Origin: an uncultured Nitrososphaerales archaeon | GTDB lineage: Archaea > Thermoproteota > Nitrososphaeria > Nitrososphaerales > Nitrososphaeraceae | Direction: 5' to 3' | Assembly: GCA_963737815.1 (NCBI GenBank) | Contig: CAVTUB010000006.1 | Location: 25,824-89,823, forward strand | DNA: 64,000 nt | Part shown: in pieces, positions 42,372 to 54,622 of the stretch | Position numbering within the stretch: position 1 is the stretch's first letter | Layout of the letters: each line of letters starts with the position of its first letter | The notes under the pieces: model-generated | Seen by the model: the letters and a program-made list of their open reading frames with translations, nothing else | Told to the model about the DNA's origin: nothing | The model's database searches: none | Position numbers and translations under genes: made by a program

Positions 42372-44081
42372 TCATACAATATTGATTGCTATTGCTTTCA
42401 GGTAAGTTACGGACGAGTCTTGTGCACCTAACATGAGCATATACCTTCCTGTGTCCAAGTCAGGTGAAGGACTGATAACAAATTTTACAGATTTTGTCTT
42501 GCCGTCGCTTAATAAGACAGATTCTTCACTATACGACCAAGATGAATTCCCGAAATCTCCTGTGGGCGTGAAAGTTGCTGATGCTGTCATATTAACCCTA
42601 TCTGACGAGATTAACAATGGTGTAATAAACAAATCGATGCTTGCTGAGTCCCCTTTTCTTGTTGTGATTTCTTGCTGGGATGTCTGGACAGAAAACGGAA
42701 GAGTTCGGCTGTGATCTACTCTGCCAATTTTATTTTCTGACCATTCCGTAAACCAGACTTCGTTGCTTCCCTGAGCCTTAGGATTGGAAATGTCATTGTC
42801 GCCGCCGCGTAGCTTACCGCTTCCTACAGAGAGTTGCAATGCATTTGCTATTCCACATTCTATTGTGCTCTCAGGATCACATTGACTAAATAATTTATTT
42901 TGTGAAGGTATCCAATATTCTATCAACGTATTATTATTTGGAAGAAAATGTGCAATCTTGTTACCTGTATGTTCATTAAACCACAAAGACCCATCGTCAG
43001 CCTTATGAATCCAGTACGGTAACGTGTACGCCCCATCCGAAAAACCTTCACTACCTCCAAATATTCGTTCTGATGCCTTTGATGTTGCAAATTCAGTTAT
43101 ACTCTTATTATCGGGTAGGAAGTTATAGAATATGCTAGTGCCGTGATCTGTAACCCATAGGTTTCGCCTATCATCTAACACTATTCCCACAGGTGAATTC
43201 AGCTGACTTGGTAGATCAAAAGTGGTAAATGTCTGATCAATGGTATTGAATTTCAAAATTTGTCCCTTATAGCCAAATGCTAACAGGGTAATCCAAACAG
43301 CCTTGTCCTTGTTGTCAACGGCTATTGAACCGGTGCTTATTAGATCACGATCAACTCCTTTGAATCCTTGCAGAGGAAGAGGGATCTCTGTAATGCCATT
43401 ATATGTATTATTGGACATTTCTGTTGTGTTTCCAAACCAAAGGGAAGGGGATCGGATTCCTACGAAATATATGTTGCCATTCGAGTCAAAGTCAAGAGAA
43501 ACTGGATAAATAGAACCAAACGACTCAGATGTAGCTGGTATTTTAAAAATTTCGAAGTTGCCTGATAATGTGTCGTACTTCCATAAGGAATTTTGTTTCT
43601 CATCTGTAAACCAAATACTTCCATTCTGATCAGTCTTCATAGTCCAAACTTGAGAAGACTCTATTGGGTTGTCGCGAGGTTTCCACAATGGTATAATGTG
43701 TCCCTTATCAAATCTCTGCTCCCTAAAGTCATAGCTACCAAGTGAACCATTTTTTGTCGATAGATACCAAACCTTGCTGTTATTGGTGTCGACGAGAACA
43801 CCTAAAGGCATCTCGCAATCATTTGGCAACTGTATTTCTGTTACATATTTGTTGGAATTCGGTTTAGAATCGACTCCACAGAATTGTTTCTGAAATCTTT
43901 CTATTGCCATTTGCTTTGATTCCTCAACCTGATTTGTTGTCGAGATCGAAGGTTCCTGTGTTCGATTATCCTGATTCGTCAGTAATGCCGTGACTGCAAC
44001 AACAGCTATGATTCCAATCGTAGCATATATTGCCATTTTCTTATATGGTGCAAATTTCCGACTTCCCTTCTTGCTGGTCAA
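42372..44081 (-). CDS. Membrane-anchored Vgb-lyase-like beta-propeller protein
   Basis: N-terminal TM helix; repeated IWFTD / LWVTD / LWFNE / VWFTE blades. Confidence 0.8.
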   Translation of the reverse strand: MTSKKGSRKFAPYKKMAIYATIGIIAVVAVTALLTNQDNRTQEPSISTTNQVEESKQMAIERFQKQFCGVDSKPNSNKYVTEIQLPNDCEMPLGVLVDTNNSKVWYLSTKNGSLGSYDFREQRFDKGHIIPLWKPRDNPIESSQVWTMKTDQNGSIWFTDEKQNSLWKYDTLSGNFEIFKIPATSESFGSIYPVSLDFDSNGNIYFVGIRSPSLWFGNTTEMSNNTYNGITEIPLPLQGFKGVDRDLISTGSIAVDNKDKAVWITLLAFGYKGQILKFNTIDQTFTTFDLPSQLNSPVGIVLDDRRNLWVTDHGTSIFYNFLPDNKSITEFATSKASERIFGGSEGFSDGAYTLPYWIHKADDGSLWFNEHTGNKIAHFLPNNNTLIEYWIPSQNKLFSQCDPESTIECGIANALQLSVGSGKLRGGDNDISNPKAQGSNEVWFTEWSENKIGRVDHSRTLPFSVQTSQQEITTRKGDSASIDLFITPLLISSDRVNMTASATFTPTGDFGNSSWSYSEESVLLSDGKTKSVKFVISPSPDLDTGRYMLMLGAQDSSVTYLKAIAINIV

Positions 44082-44320
44082 TGTGCCAAGAACAACACCT
44101 GTTGCTTCTAGCTATTATATAAAATACTCATTTAGGAATTGGTTCCCATTACTCGAAATAGTGAAAATATGTTACACCACGCATTCCGCATACGAAAAAG
44201 ATGATTTCATAACAATGGTTCATAGATATCTGCGGGAGGGGCAATATCTGTAATCCAACATAGTAACGATAACTTAGTTCTGATAGGAGAATCCATATAG
44301 ATCGCGAGAACAATTGTTGG

Positions 44321-45031
44321 TTGGACAATTTGTTTGGTTTGGGATATCAATATTGGAAGGAAGTTGTAAGCGTGCTCCACTCAATTATTCCCGTCTACGA
44401 CAAAGTAAATATGGCTATTTCTCTTGGTAAGGCCAACAAATATCGAATAAAGGGGATTCATGGTTCTATTAACCCAGGCAACAGGGTACTTGACGCTGGA
44501 TCTGGCTTTGGAAATATGTCAAGAATAGCCGCCTATGAAACAGACCAACGATTAGAAATAATTCTATATGACCCCCTTTCAAAGATGCTTTCAGCGACAA
44601 GGAATTTCTTACCGGCTTCTGTAGATAAATCCCTCTCATCGGGAATCTTTGAGTATATGCCTTTTAAGGATCAAGTCTTCGATGCGGTTTTATGTGGTTA
44701 CTCGTTGCGCGATGCGATAGAACTAGATGCTGCAATTGATGAAATGTATCGTGTTCTTAAGAAAGGAGGAATTCTTGTTGTGGTCGACCTCGGAAAACCT
44801 AATAATACATTTCTCAGATTCCTAGTTTCTTTTTATCTAAAATATGTCCTTGCAGTAATTGCTTTTTTTGTTGCTGGCCAGGCAGGCCTTAGATTCAAGA
44901 CCCTCCACGGCACATTTAAAAAGTGGCCCACAAATTCTGAACTATATTCATTGTTGGCCGCACGATTTACAAAAGTTAAATTTCAGACTGGTCTGATGGG
45001 TGGTGCAATCATTGTCCTTGCATATAAATAG
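44321..45031 (+). CDS. UbiE/MenG-family SAM methyltransferase
   Basis: YDKVN..IS.G, VLDAGSGFG, MPFKDQVFD, EMYRVLKKGG. Confidence 0.85.
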   Translation: MDNLFGLGYQYWKEVVSVLHSIIPVYDKVNMAISLGKANKYRIKGIHGSINPGNRVLDAGSGFGNMSRIAAYETDQRLEIILYDPLSKMLSATRNFLPASVDKSLSSGIFEYMPFKDQVFDAVLCGYSLRDAIELDAAIDEMYRVLKKGGILVVVDLGKPNNTFLRFLVSFYLKYVLAVIAFFVAGQAGLRFKTLHGTFKKWPTNSELYSLLAARFTKVKFQTGLMGGAIIVLAYK

Positions 45032-45333
45032 AGACAAAGTATACCCTTGACCTAGAAACCGTTATCCATAATAATAGACAGAATCTCATTAAGACTGACC
45101 GTGGCTTTCTCTCAACGTTGGGTTGACGGCGATAGTCTTTTGACAGGTCCTTTATATCGTCAAGCGCTTTTCTGACGGAATAAGAGTAGATCCTTCTGGA
45201 ACTATGGCCATGCGAGAGTGTTAATGTCGATAAATTACGGATTTAGGACTTAGAATTGCATTTTGTTTATATGAGGACAATAACTCATCACGTAAAGTTA
45301 ATTAGAAGGCAAATAAACTTTTTTGATGTCCTT

Positions 45334-47470
45334 ATGGCTCAAACAGACAAGATTAAACAGGTATACGACGAGGCTACGAGAAATAACTATAAAGTTATAA
45401 CGGAAGAATCTGCCAAGGCTATTTTAACCGAATATGGTATTCAAGTCCCTCCATATGCTCTAGTTAAGAATGCTGATGATGCTGAGGCAAAAGCCAGAGA
45501 ATTAGGTTTTCCATTAGTTGCAAAGATTGTCTCTCCTGATATATTGCACAAGACCGATGTCAACGGGGTTAGGATCGGGCTTAAAACAAAGGAGGAAGTT
45601 CGCAAGGCGTTCGATGACATGTATGGGCGATTGGCGTCCAAATATCACACCAAGGGAGTTATCTTGGAAAAAATGGTTCCGCAAGGATTAGAAATCATTG
45701 TCGGTCTTCAAAACGATCCTCAATTCGGGCCTGTGATTATGTTTGGTCTAGGAGGGATTTATGCTGAAATATTCAAGGACGTAACATTTCGAGTGCTTGC
45801 CATTACGCGAGAAGACGTCAAGCAGATGATCGAGAGTCTAAAGGGCAAGAGTATGCTCAAGGGTTTCAGAGGCTCTGAACCTATTAACACAGATATGATA
45901 ACGGATATGCTAATGAAAATAGGTAAGTTGGGAATAGACGCTGCACCTTATTATGAGTCAGTTGATTTTAATCCCATCATCCTTTATCCAGACGATTACT
46001 TTGTTGTCGACGCCAAGATTCTTTTGAGAGAGAAACCAAATCATCAAGTGATATCAGACGCGGAACCTGATTCGAGATATATGGATCTTTTTTTCAATGC
46101 CAAATCTGTTGCACTTGTTGGAGCATCACCAGAAGCAGGAAAAGTCGGAAATTCTGTCTTGCAAAGCCTGGCTAAACATGACTACAAGGGAAAGGTATTT
46201 CCAGTAAATGCAAAAGGATATCAAGAAATTATGGGTATAAAAGCATTCAAGAGCCTCGACGAGATCGACGAACCAGTTGACGTTGTGGTCGTAACAGTTG
46301 ACTTGAAATTTGTTCCGGATCTACTGAGGAGCTGCGGGAAGAAAAATATTCACAATATGGTTGTTATCTCCGGTGGGGGCAAAGAGCTGGGGGGACCGCG
46401 CAGCAATTGAGAACCAAATAAAAGCCCTGTCTGCAGAATTGAAGGTAAGAATTATCGGACCTAATTGTATTGGCATGTTTAATGCAGATAATAGGCTGGA
46501 TTGTGCATTCCAAGGTCATGACAGGATGGTAAGACCGAAGCGAGGTGAAGTGGCATTTTTATCTCAAAGCGGGACTGTTGGGATAGCATTCATGGAGACC
46601 TCAGATGCTTTTGGAATGAGCAAGATGGTCTCATACGGAAATAGATCGGATGTCGATGAAGCAGATATGATATGGTATCTTGGTGAAGATAAAAACACGA
46701 AAGTAATTGGATTATACGTTGAAGGGCTAGGAGATGGAAGGAAATTTATGAATACGGCCAAGAAAGTAATATCAAAGAAGAAAAAACCTATCGTAATTTT
46801 CAAGAACGGCAGAACTACACGAGGTGCGAAACAGGCAGCTTCCCATACAGGGTCGCTTGGTGGATCATATAACGTCGTAAGAGGAGCATTAGAACAAGCC
46901 GACATTATTTCTGTGGATAGTTACGAGGAGCTTACAGGATCTTTAAAGGCGCTTGCATGGCAGCCAGTGCCTCAAGGAAATAGGGTTGCTATGATCACAA
47001 ACGGCGCCGGACCAGTCATTGCAGCAATAGATAACTTTGAGAGGCTTGGGCTAGCAGTTGCTGAAATCAGCGACAACACAATAAAACATCTTAAGGATCA
47101 TTATCCACCTACATACGTCATTGGTAATCCATGCGACATTACAGGTTCTGCTACGGCTGATGACTACAGGATTGCAATTCAGGCTTTCATGGATGATGCC
47201 AACGTGGACATAATCATGCCATGGTTCGTATTTCAAGACGATCCCTTAGAAGAGAGCATTGTTGATATTCTTGGGACTTTTCAGAGGCAAGGACGGAAAC
47301 CCATCCTCGTAGGAGCCATGGGGGGACCTTTCACTCAAAAGATTTCTAAGCGAATAGAAGATACAAATGTTCCAGTGTATCATTCGGTTATCACATGGGT
47401 GACTTCAGCAGGCAGTCTTGCTAAATGGTCAACCCTTTCTGGCACCAAACAAACACAACTACCAGGCTAA
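45334..47470 (+). CDS. ADP-forming acyl-CoA synthetase, most likely 3-hydroxypropionyl-CoA synthetase of the thaumarchaeal HP/HB cycle; frameshift in a G6 run at ~46390
   Basis: ATP-grasp domain first ([17 protein letters not shown]), then CoA-binding domain, GPNCIG, ASHTGSL; domain order and sequence resemble Nmar_1309 as recalled. Confidence 0.85.
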
Positions 47471-47553
47471 CCAGGCTAGAAATTATCGGCTACTGTATTA
47501 ATACTTGGTGTAATGAGGAAAGCTTATTATATTTATTTATAAAATTACTTATA

Positions 47554-47904
47554 ATGGAAAGCGCTGAACAAACCCAAATTGTAACTATAAGTCCTAAGGC
47601 TGCTGAAAAAGTATCCGAGTTCATGAAGCAAGAAGGTAAGGATACCCTGTTCTTACGCGTGTATGTGTCAGGGGGAGGATGTTCGGGCCTATCGTATGGA
47701 ATGGGATTTGAAGAAAAATCTGACGAGGATGACTACGTACTTGAGCAGAATGGAGTTAAGGTGCTGATAGACAATTACAGCCAAAATTATCTCAAGGGAG
47801 CGAATATAGACTATATCGAGAGTTTAATGGGATCAGGTTTCAAAATAAACAACCCTAACATAACTAAGAGCTGCTCATGTGGACATTCATTTTCCACGGA
47901 TTAA
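47554..47904 (+). CDS. A-type Fe-S carrier (HesB/IscA/ErpA)
   Basis: GGGCSGLSY, NPN...SCSCGHSF. Confidence 0.93.
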   Translation: MESAEQTQIVTISPKAAEKVSEFMKQEGKDTLFLRVYVSGGGCSGLSYGMGFEEKSDEDDYVLEQNGVKVLIDNYSQNYLKGANIDYIESLMGSGFKINNPNITKSCSCGHSFSTD

Positions 47905-47985
47905 CAATCGATTTTATTGAAAAATGTGTCCCCGACTAAGTTATAAGATACCCCACGAAAGGCTTTCCTTTGAGCAGGCCTAGAG

Positions 47986-49255
47986 CTAAGGCCAAAGACC
48001 TCTTATCTTTATTGCCTCTGTTACTCTGCCAACAGCTAAAGCTATACTCGCCTTCCGCATATTAACCTGGTATTTATCATGGGTCTCATATACATCGGAG
48101 AAAGCTTTGGTTACATTCCTATCAAGCATACTATTCACCTGATCCTCGGACCAATATTCCCTTCGTAGATTCTGTAACCATTCAAAATATGAAACAGTGA
48201 CTCCTCCTCCATTTGCGAGCACATCTGGAATCACCAAAGTTTTGTTCTTATAGAGTATTTCGTCTGCTTCGGGAGTAGTTGGGCCGTTTGCTGCTTCTGC
48301 CACCATTTTGGCTGTAACTTTTGCTGCATTTTTCTTGGTTATCTGGTTTTCAAGAGCCGCCGGTATCAATATGGTGCAGTCTGTCTCTAATATGTCCTCA
48401 TTCGAAATTGATTTGGAGTCCGGAAACCCGACAACTGAGCCTTTTTTTTCTTTGTGCTTCCGGAGCGAGCCAATATGAATTCCGTTCTTATTGTACATTC
48501 CTCCCTGCGAATCAGAAACAGCCACGACCTTTGCACCTTGTTCCTCCAACAGCTGAGCGGCGAACTGGCCCGCATTTCCGAAACCTTGCACTGCTACGGT
48601 TGCAGTTTGAAGGTTAATTCCTAGTTTCTTTGCAGCTTCTCTTACTGTAAATGATAAACCTCTTCCGGTCGCTTCATTTCTTCCTAAAGATCCTCCTATT
48701 GCGAGGGGTTTTCCAGTTATAACCTCGGGCTGAACAAAATTGCCCTTGAGAGCAGAATAAGTATCCATAATCCAAGCCATTTCTTTGCCCCCAGTGTAAA
48801 CATCTGGAGCGGGAATATCAGTATGGGGACCTATAATATCTGCGATTGCATATGCGTAACGTCGTGTCATCCGTTCAAGTTCACCAACTGACATCTGCTT
48901 TGGATTGCAAATTATTCCACCTTTTCCTCCGCCATATGGTATATCGGCTATTGCGCATTTCCAAGTCATCCACATAGAAAGGGCTTTTACTTCATCGACA
49001 CTTACTTGAGGGTGATATCTTATGCCTCCCTTGAATGGGCCCCTCGCGTCGCTGTGTTGTGATCTAAAGCCGGTAAAAACGTGAATTTCGTCATTGTCCA
49101 TTCGAGTCGGAAGAGAAACCGTAAGAACACGTTTTGGGTGGGCTAAAACATCATGCATACCCTTGTCTATTCCAACTATCTTGGCTCGCCTCCTCCAGCT
49201 GTTTTAAAGCAACCTCAAAAGGGTTTATAGTGTTATTGGTGCTAGGTTCAGACAT
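47986..49255 (-). CDS. gdhA: Glutamate dehydrogenase; one-base insertion at ~49187 separates the true start (MSEPSTNNTINPFEVALKQL)
   Basis: GPFKGGIRYHP, GGGKGG, DIPAPD, VQGFGNAG, EAANGP. Confidence 0.94.
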
Positions 49256-49389
49256 TACAATATTCAGGAAAAAATCTGGCGTATTTAAGTGTTGAATGAT
49301 ACGACTGTGCTATTGCCTCCGAGTTTAACGGCATCGTGTGGTCACTCGATCCTCAAGTTCAACCTGGGTGCAACGGGAGAAGAGCGTAT

Positions 49390-49755
49390 CTATTTATTAC
49401 TATTTCTTTTGATTTTTTGTGATATCAAAGAACGTAACTGGTCATCAGTCATTTCACTTTCCTTTATTCCTAATGCCTTTGCAATGGTTTTGAGCTTCTC
49501 TCTCTCAGATCCTACTGGACCTATAATGTGTGGCACGATAGACGAAGGACGTGAGACTGGAGCCCCCGCAGACATTGCATTATCTTTCTCCTTTTGGAAT
49601 AAATCCCTTGCCTTTTCATATTCCCCGGTAGCCCGGCCAAAAAGCCTTGCTACATCCGAAAATCTATTTGAACCGGCAATCAATAGCACGACTACTAGGA
49701 TAATAATACCCCATTCCGACGCTCCGATATTCATCTCGAGCATACCGAATTCCAT
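49390..49755 (-). CDS. tatA: Twin-arginine translocase TatA/E family subunit
   Basis: IGASEWGIIILVVVLLIAG followed by amphipathic helix ARLFGRA. Confidence 0.8.
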   Translation of the reverse strand: MEFGMLEMNIGASEWGIIILVVVLLIAGSNRFSDVARLFGRATGEYEKARDLFQKEKDNAMSAGAPVSRPSSIVPHIIGPVGSEREKLKTIAKALGIKESEMTDDQLRSLISQKIKRNSNK

Positions 49756-49953
49756 CTTTAGTCATTCGATACTATCAATGAAAATTTTAAGTTTTCCTGG
49801 CAAATCTTAACTAAAACTAAATCCGAGACGATAGATCTATAACTGCATAAAAAATTATGTTCTGATTAGCCTAATATCTGAAGAGATCCAAACTTAATTG
49901 AGAATCAAATGACTTGACAATTACAGTAAGGGCTTCGTTGGATGCCAAACATC

Positions 49954-50091
49954 TCACATGTCATGTTCCTTTTTCTGATGCTCTCCTAACTCGTCCAGAC
50001 TAGGAAATGTTTTCTTACACAGATCGCATATTAGCGGGTTTAGGTTAGGGTCATTATAATCAAGACCTGGCTCGCCCTGGTCATCGTCCAT
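49954..50091 (-). CDS. Single C2H2 zinc-finger microprotein, 45 aa
   Basis: MDDDQGEPGLDYNDPNLNPLICDLCKKTFPSLDELGEHQKKEHDM; hand translation. Confidence 0.75.
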   Translation of the reverse strand: MDDDQGEPGLDYNDPNLNPLICDLCKKTFPSLDELGEHQKKEHDM

Positions 50092-50236
50092 GTTAGAATA
50101 CGATCGGCATACAATAAAGCACTTTCGGCATTTTTTCCTCTGGTCATGGAAAATATTTGGGATTTGCTCAGGCCACCTACGACAATTGTTAAATCTGGTT
50201 GTGCCACATATGGTTCAGATTATGGGGTATAGACCT

Positions 50237-50659
50237 ATGGACTCGGCTACTATTGCCCGATTACGTGCGTTTGTGGATAGGCTTAATATTGAATCAGAAA
50301 GGGGCTCTGTTATCTTAGTAGAAGGCAAAAGAGATGTAGAGGCCCTCACTAAGATTGGGTTTAGCGGACAGGTCACAACGCTGAATCGATATAAGGGCAT
50401 AAATGATTTTATTGATAGGCATTATTACTTGGAGAAAAAAATAATTTTACTCCTAGACATGGACAGAACGGGTAAATATCTCACAAGAAAACTCCTCACA
50501 CAATTGCAGTCAAGGGGCGGTAATGTTAGCTTGTTTTACAAAAAAACCCTCGCTAGGATATCCAACGGTAAGATTCGACATGTTGAGGATTTAGTTTCAT
50601 ATGCGCCGCTGGTATCGGGAATCACAGGCGCTAGGAAGGATCTGTATATGTATATCTGA
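50237..50659 (+). CDS. Small TOPRIM-domain protein
   Basis: ILVEGKRD, LLDMDRTG; start placed at ATG 50237. Confidence 0.85.
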   Translation: MDSATIARLRAFVDRLNIESERGSVILVEGKRDVEALTKIGFSGQVTTLNRYKGINDFIDRHYYLEKKIILLLDMDRTGKYLTRKLLTQLQSRGGNVSLFYKKTLARISNGKIRHVEDLVSYAPLVSGITGARKDLYMYI

Positions 50660-50754
50660 CTACAAAAACGTAAGGGCCACGAGTCCATAGATTCAAGTCC
50701 AAGCACTTATATTCTAGCGAAAAGTTTGTACTTTTAATAATAGTATATGAGGTT

Positions 50755-52036
50755 ATGAGATTGCCTAATACAGGTATCGTTAAGTATCATGTTAAACTTA
50801 AATTCGAGGTTGATGGTCTGGTCGAAAAAGCCGATATCATAGGAGCGATATTCGGTCAGACTGAGGGCCTTCTTGGCCCCGAAATGAACCTTAATGAATT
50901 GCAAAAGGTGTCTAAAGTTGGTAGGATAGAAGTTAACGTAGATAGTAGATCAAATATGGCCAGGGGAGACGCTTTGATACCAATGAGCACAGACATTTCC
51001 ACAGCAGCGCTAATAGCCGCGGCGATTGAGAGTATTGATAAAGTCGGACCCTTTCAGGCCAAGTTTTTGCTTGTAGGTATAGATGATATACGAGCAATCA
51101 AGAAAAAAGTCATTGTCGACCGCGCTAAAAAGATAGTTCAAGAATGGGCTACAAAGACTATAAGCGAGGGGGAGGAAATGTTAAAAGACGTCTACGACGC
51201 AAGCAAGCCAGGTAGGCTCACTGCATATGGAAAAGCTCAACTCGCTTGCGGTACGGGTGTCTTTGATGCCGACTGGATAATTTTGGTGGAGGGTCGAGCC
51301 GATGTAATTAACCTACTACGCGCGGGTTTTGATAATTCCATCGCCATAGAGGGTGCAAAAATCGACGAGACAATAACGAAGCTTACAGAAGGTAAGAAAG
51401 TTATAGCATTCATCGACGGGGATAGAGCAGGAGATTTGATATTAAAGGAACTGCAAGGACTCGTAAATATTCATAAAGTGTTGAGAGCGCCTGCTGGAAG
51501 AGAAGTTGAAGAACTTACTCCTCTTGAGATAACTGAGATCCTCAAGGAGGTAATATCGTCAACCACGCTTGTAGACAATAAGCAAGGTACATACTCTTCC
51601 CGTCAGGTGCAATTAGCTGAAGAACAACCACATAGCTCCGATCAAAAATCGCAGCATAGGCGAGAAAAGAGAGAGAGTGCAGATATGCAACCCGTGATAA
51701 ACGAGCAGATGTCCTCCAGCCATCCTGACGATAATCCTGAAGTATTCTCCGCAGTAAAGGAGTTATACCCACAAATCAATGAAACTTTGGAGGCTGCAAT
51801 ACTAGATACATCAATGAGAACTATTCTCAAGCTCCCGGTGTCCGATCTTATAAGAAAGATCAACGGAGCAGAGGGGGGTAAGGTCTTGGTTCTCGATGGT
51901 ATAATTACACAGAGGCTAGTAGAGGCAGCAGATCGAGTCGGCATTGAATATATTGTTGGACATCGAACTGGGGATTTGAAGAGGACGTCAGACATTAAAG
52001 TACTGTACGTTTCATGACATGGGTGTTATCAATTAG
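50755..52036 (+). CDS. dnaG: Archaeal DnaG (exosome-associated, primase-like); probable one-base insertion near 52003
   Basis: IIGAIFGQTEGLLG, VEGRADV, DGDRAG, DGIITQRL; corrected tail IKVCTFHDMGVIN ends 52036 (track ORF ends 52017). Confidence 0.92.
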
Positions 52037-52044
52037 ATGTCATA

Positions 52045-52749
52045 ATGGACATCAAACTTCAGCAAATACTAACGATGGTCCATCTCCTGTTATTGGGGGC
52101 CCGCCATAATTATATTGAGGTTACAACTAGGGAATTAAGCAGAAGTATTAACAGATCTCAGCAGTCGGCTTCTAAGCATCTTCTTGACCTAGAGAGCGTG
52201 GGGTATATTGATAGGATAAGAAAAGGCCACACAATAAGGATCAAAATAACAGACAAAGGCTATTTGCAAATAAGCAGTCTCTATGAGAAACTACACTCTG
52301 CGTTTGAATCAAGCGTTGGTGGTGTTATTACATTTGAGGGCCGTGTAGTTTCAGGGATGGGAGAGGGAGCATATTATATGTCACTTGAGGGATACCGTAA
52401 ACAGTTTAGAGAAAAGCTTGGCTATGAGCCGTTTCCTGGAACATTGAACATCAAGCTTTCAGATCCAATTTCCATGCATTCGAGACGGGACTTGAGTACG
52501 CATCCTTCCATTTTTATCGAGGGATTTTCTGATAAACTTAGAACCTACGGGTGGGTTAGGTGTTATCCAGCTGAAATAAATGATGGACTTGTCGAAAATG
52601 CCGCATTACTTATCTTAGAACGCACGCACTATGATGATAGCACAATAGAAATTATAGCCCCTATTTCCATTAAGGAATACGCTAAAATTAAAAATGGCGA
52701 TCGTATTTCCATATCGGCCCGTATTTCAAAAGGCATTAATCAGCACTAG
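52045..52749 (+). CDS. ribK: CTP-dependent riboflavin kinase with N-terminal wHTH (RbkR-type)
   Basis: SQQSASKHL HTH; VVSGMGEGAYY, PFPGTLN, ERTHY. Confidence 0.92.
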   Translation: MDIKLQQILTMVHLLLLGARHNYIEVTTRELSRSINRSQQSASKHLLDLESVGYIDRIRKGHTIRIKITDKGYLQISSLYEKLHSAFESSVGGVITFEGRVVSGMGEGAYYMSLEGYRKQFREKLGYEPFPGTLNIKLSDPISMHSRRDLSTHPSIFIEGFSDKLRTYGWVRCYPAEINDGLVENAALLILERTHYDDSTIEIIAPISIKEYAKIKNGDRISISARISKGINQH

Positions 52750-53372
52750 GTATTATAAAATGAATCTCCTAAATCATCTTTTATTGTAGAGCTCTTGGTT
52801 ATTGGGAGAGGCGTATTTAATCTGATTACCCTCACATTTAGTTTCCTTTTAGCGCAGTTTTCCGAAACATCTTTTTCAGTATGAGCCTGATCATATCCTA
52901 ATGCTATAATATCTGGCTTTACAAATTCCACGGTGTCATACAGTGTTCCCTCCTTTCCTATTATGGCGAGGTCAACAAAATTCAATGAAGATACCAGTTC
53001 TTGTCTTAGGGATTCATCGTGATAAATTTTTCTTTCCCCTCGTATTTTTTTCGCAGTGGATGTTCTGGCAATTACTACCACTAGAACATCACCTTGGGAC
53101 TTCGCAGCTTTAAGAGTATGGATGTGTCCAGGGTGAATCAAGTCGAAAACTCCTCCGACCAATACTACTTTTATGGCATCTCTACCAATAAAGGAGATTT
53201 GCGGTGTATTATTATTGTCAATTAATCCTCTTTCGGAAAGCTCTTGTACTTTTTGGTCATATACTTCTCTAGGGACAAAATCGTCAGACCATAACCTCTG
53301 ATAAGGGGATATTTCGGGTACAAGTGAACTAAGGTATACAGATGATAATATCTTTTTGTCGAGTAAATCCAT
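52746..53372 (-). CDS. ribL: Archaeal FAD synthase (cytidylyltransferase family)
   Basis: GGVFDLIHPGH, PDIIALGYDQ, KSSTIK; convergent with riboflavin kinase. Confidence 0.88.
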   Translation of the reverse strand: MDLLDKKILSSVYLSSLVPEISPYQRLWSDDFVPREVYDQKVQELSERGLIDNNNTPQISFIGRDAIKVVLVGGVFDLIHPGHIHTLKAAKSQGDVLVVVIARTSTAKKIRGERKIYHDESLRQELVSSLNFVDLAIIGKEGTLYDTVEFVKPDIIALGYDQAHTEKDVSENCAKRKLNVRVIRLNTPLPITKSSTIKDDLGDSFYNT

Positions 53373-53571
53373 TGTCTATATTTTCACATGCGTTCGAGGA
53401 ACGACGCCATGAATATGCCAAGATACTCATTTTAAAGTATGCGATTTCCCCAAGACTAGAAGCTATTGGCGATCGTTCTTCCTAGTCGGCTCCTGGTGGA
53501 TGTCATTAGGTGTTATCTCTATTTCACATTTAAAAAACTATAACTTACTAGTAAAGCTCAGCACTAGTATC

Positions 53572-54588
53572 GTGAAGGACAGCAAAGAAGTGTATTTAAC
53601 TAGAAGGATACTTGAGCCAGCATTCTCGCTCCTTGCTACAAATTATCGGGTCTCCATTCAACAACACAATAGACCTCCAACAAGACAAGAATTGAGGCGT
53701 AACATACGGAATAAAAATGGAATTCTATGTACGCTTTCTGATAAAATTGATAAGCAAGTGTTAGAGGAGGCAGGACCTAACCTCAAAGTCATAAGCTCAT
53801 ACAGCACTGGCTATGATCATATTGATGTTCGAGAAGCGACGAAGAGAGGCATTATTGTTACTACTACGGGAGATGTACTTGCAGAGACAACAGCTGATTT
53901 AACATTCGGGCTCATTTTAGCTATATCGAGAAGAATAGTTGAAGCAGACGAATTTGTACGGAAGGGTTGGTGGAAATTGGGATGGATGCCTGATTTATTC
54001 CTGGGCTCAGATGTATACAGTTCGACTTTGGGTATCCTTGGATTGGGGAGAATAGGTTCAGCAGTCGCTCGACGAGCAAAGGGCTTTAACATGAATATAA
54101 TTTACCATAACAGGCACCGTCTAGATAAGGGTCTTGAGGCAAGACTTGGTATAAAATACGCTGAATTGAACGAAGTGCTCAAGAGAAGTGATTTTCTAAC
54201 AATTCATACCGGACTTAATCAGGATAGTTTTAACATGATAGGTAAGCGCGAATTTAGCAAAATGAAGAAGACGGCCTATATCATAAATACTGCGAGGGGA
54301 GATATCATAAATGAAAATGATCTGGCCGAGACATTGCGAAAAAAATGGATTGCGGGGGCAGCATTAGATACTTACACACGTGAACCTCTGACCAAATCAA
54401 ACAAGCTGGCGCGACTGAAAAATGTGATTTTGTTACCACATATTGGTAGCGCCAGCATAAATACGAGGATAAAGATGTCAAGAATTGCAGCTCAAAATTT
54501 GATTAATGTGCTTGAGGGTATAGACCCAATATATTCAGTCAACTCACAGGCTATTCACATGAGATCGAGAAAGTTGCCAGAGAAATAG
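53572..54588 (+). CDS. D-2-hydroxyacid dehydrogenase (glyoxylate reductase/D-glycerate dehydrogenase type)
   Basis: GYDHID, GILGLGRIG, INTARG, LPHIGSA; GTG start 53572 (ORF open from 53500). Confidence 0.9.
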   Translation: MKDSKEVYLTRRILEPAFSLLATNYRVSIQQHNRPPTRQELRRNIRNKNGILCTLSDKIDKQVLEEAGPNLKVISSYSTGYDHIDVREATKRGIIVTTTGDVLAETTADLTFGLILAISRRIVEADEFVRKGWWKLGWMPDLFLGSDVYSSTLGILGLGRIGSAVARRAKGFNMNIIYHNRHRLDKGLEARLGIKYAELNEVLKRSDFLTIHTGLNQDSFNMIGKREFSKMKKTAYIINTARGDIINENDLAETLRKKWIAGAALDTYTREPLTKSNKLARLKNVILLPHIGSASINTRIKMSRIAAQNLINVLEGIDPIYSVNSQAIHMRSRKLPEK

Positions 54589-54622
54589 AGGCCCTGTTTG
54601 GTCTGCCCTGCGATAGCAAACT

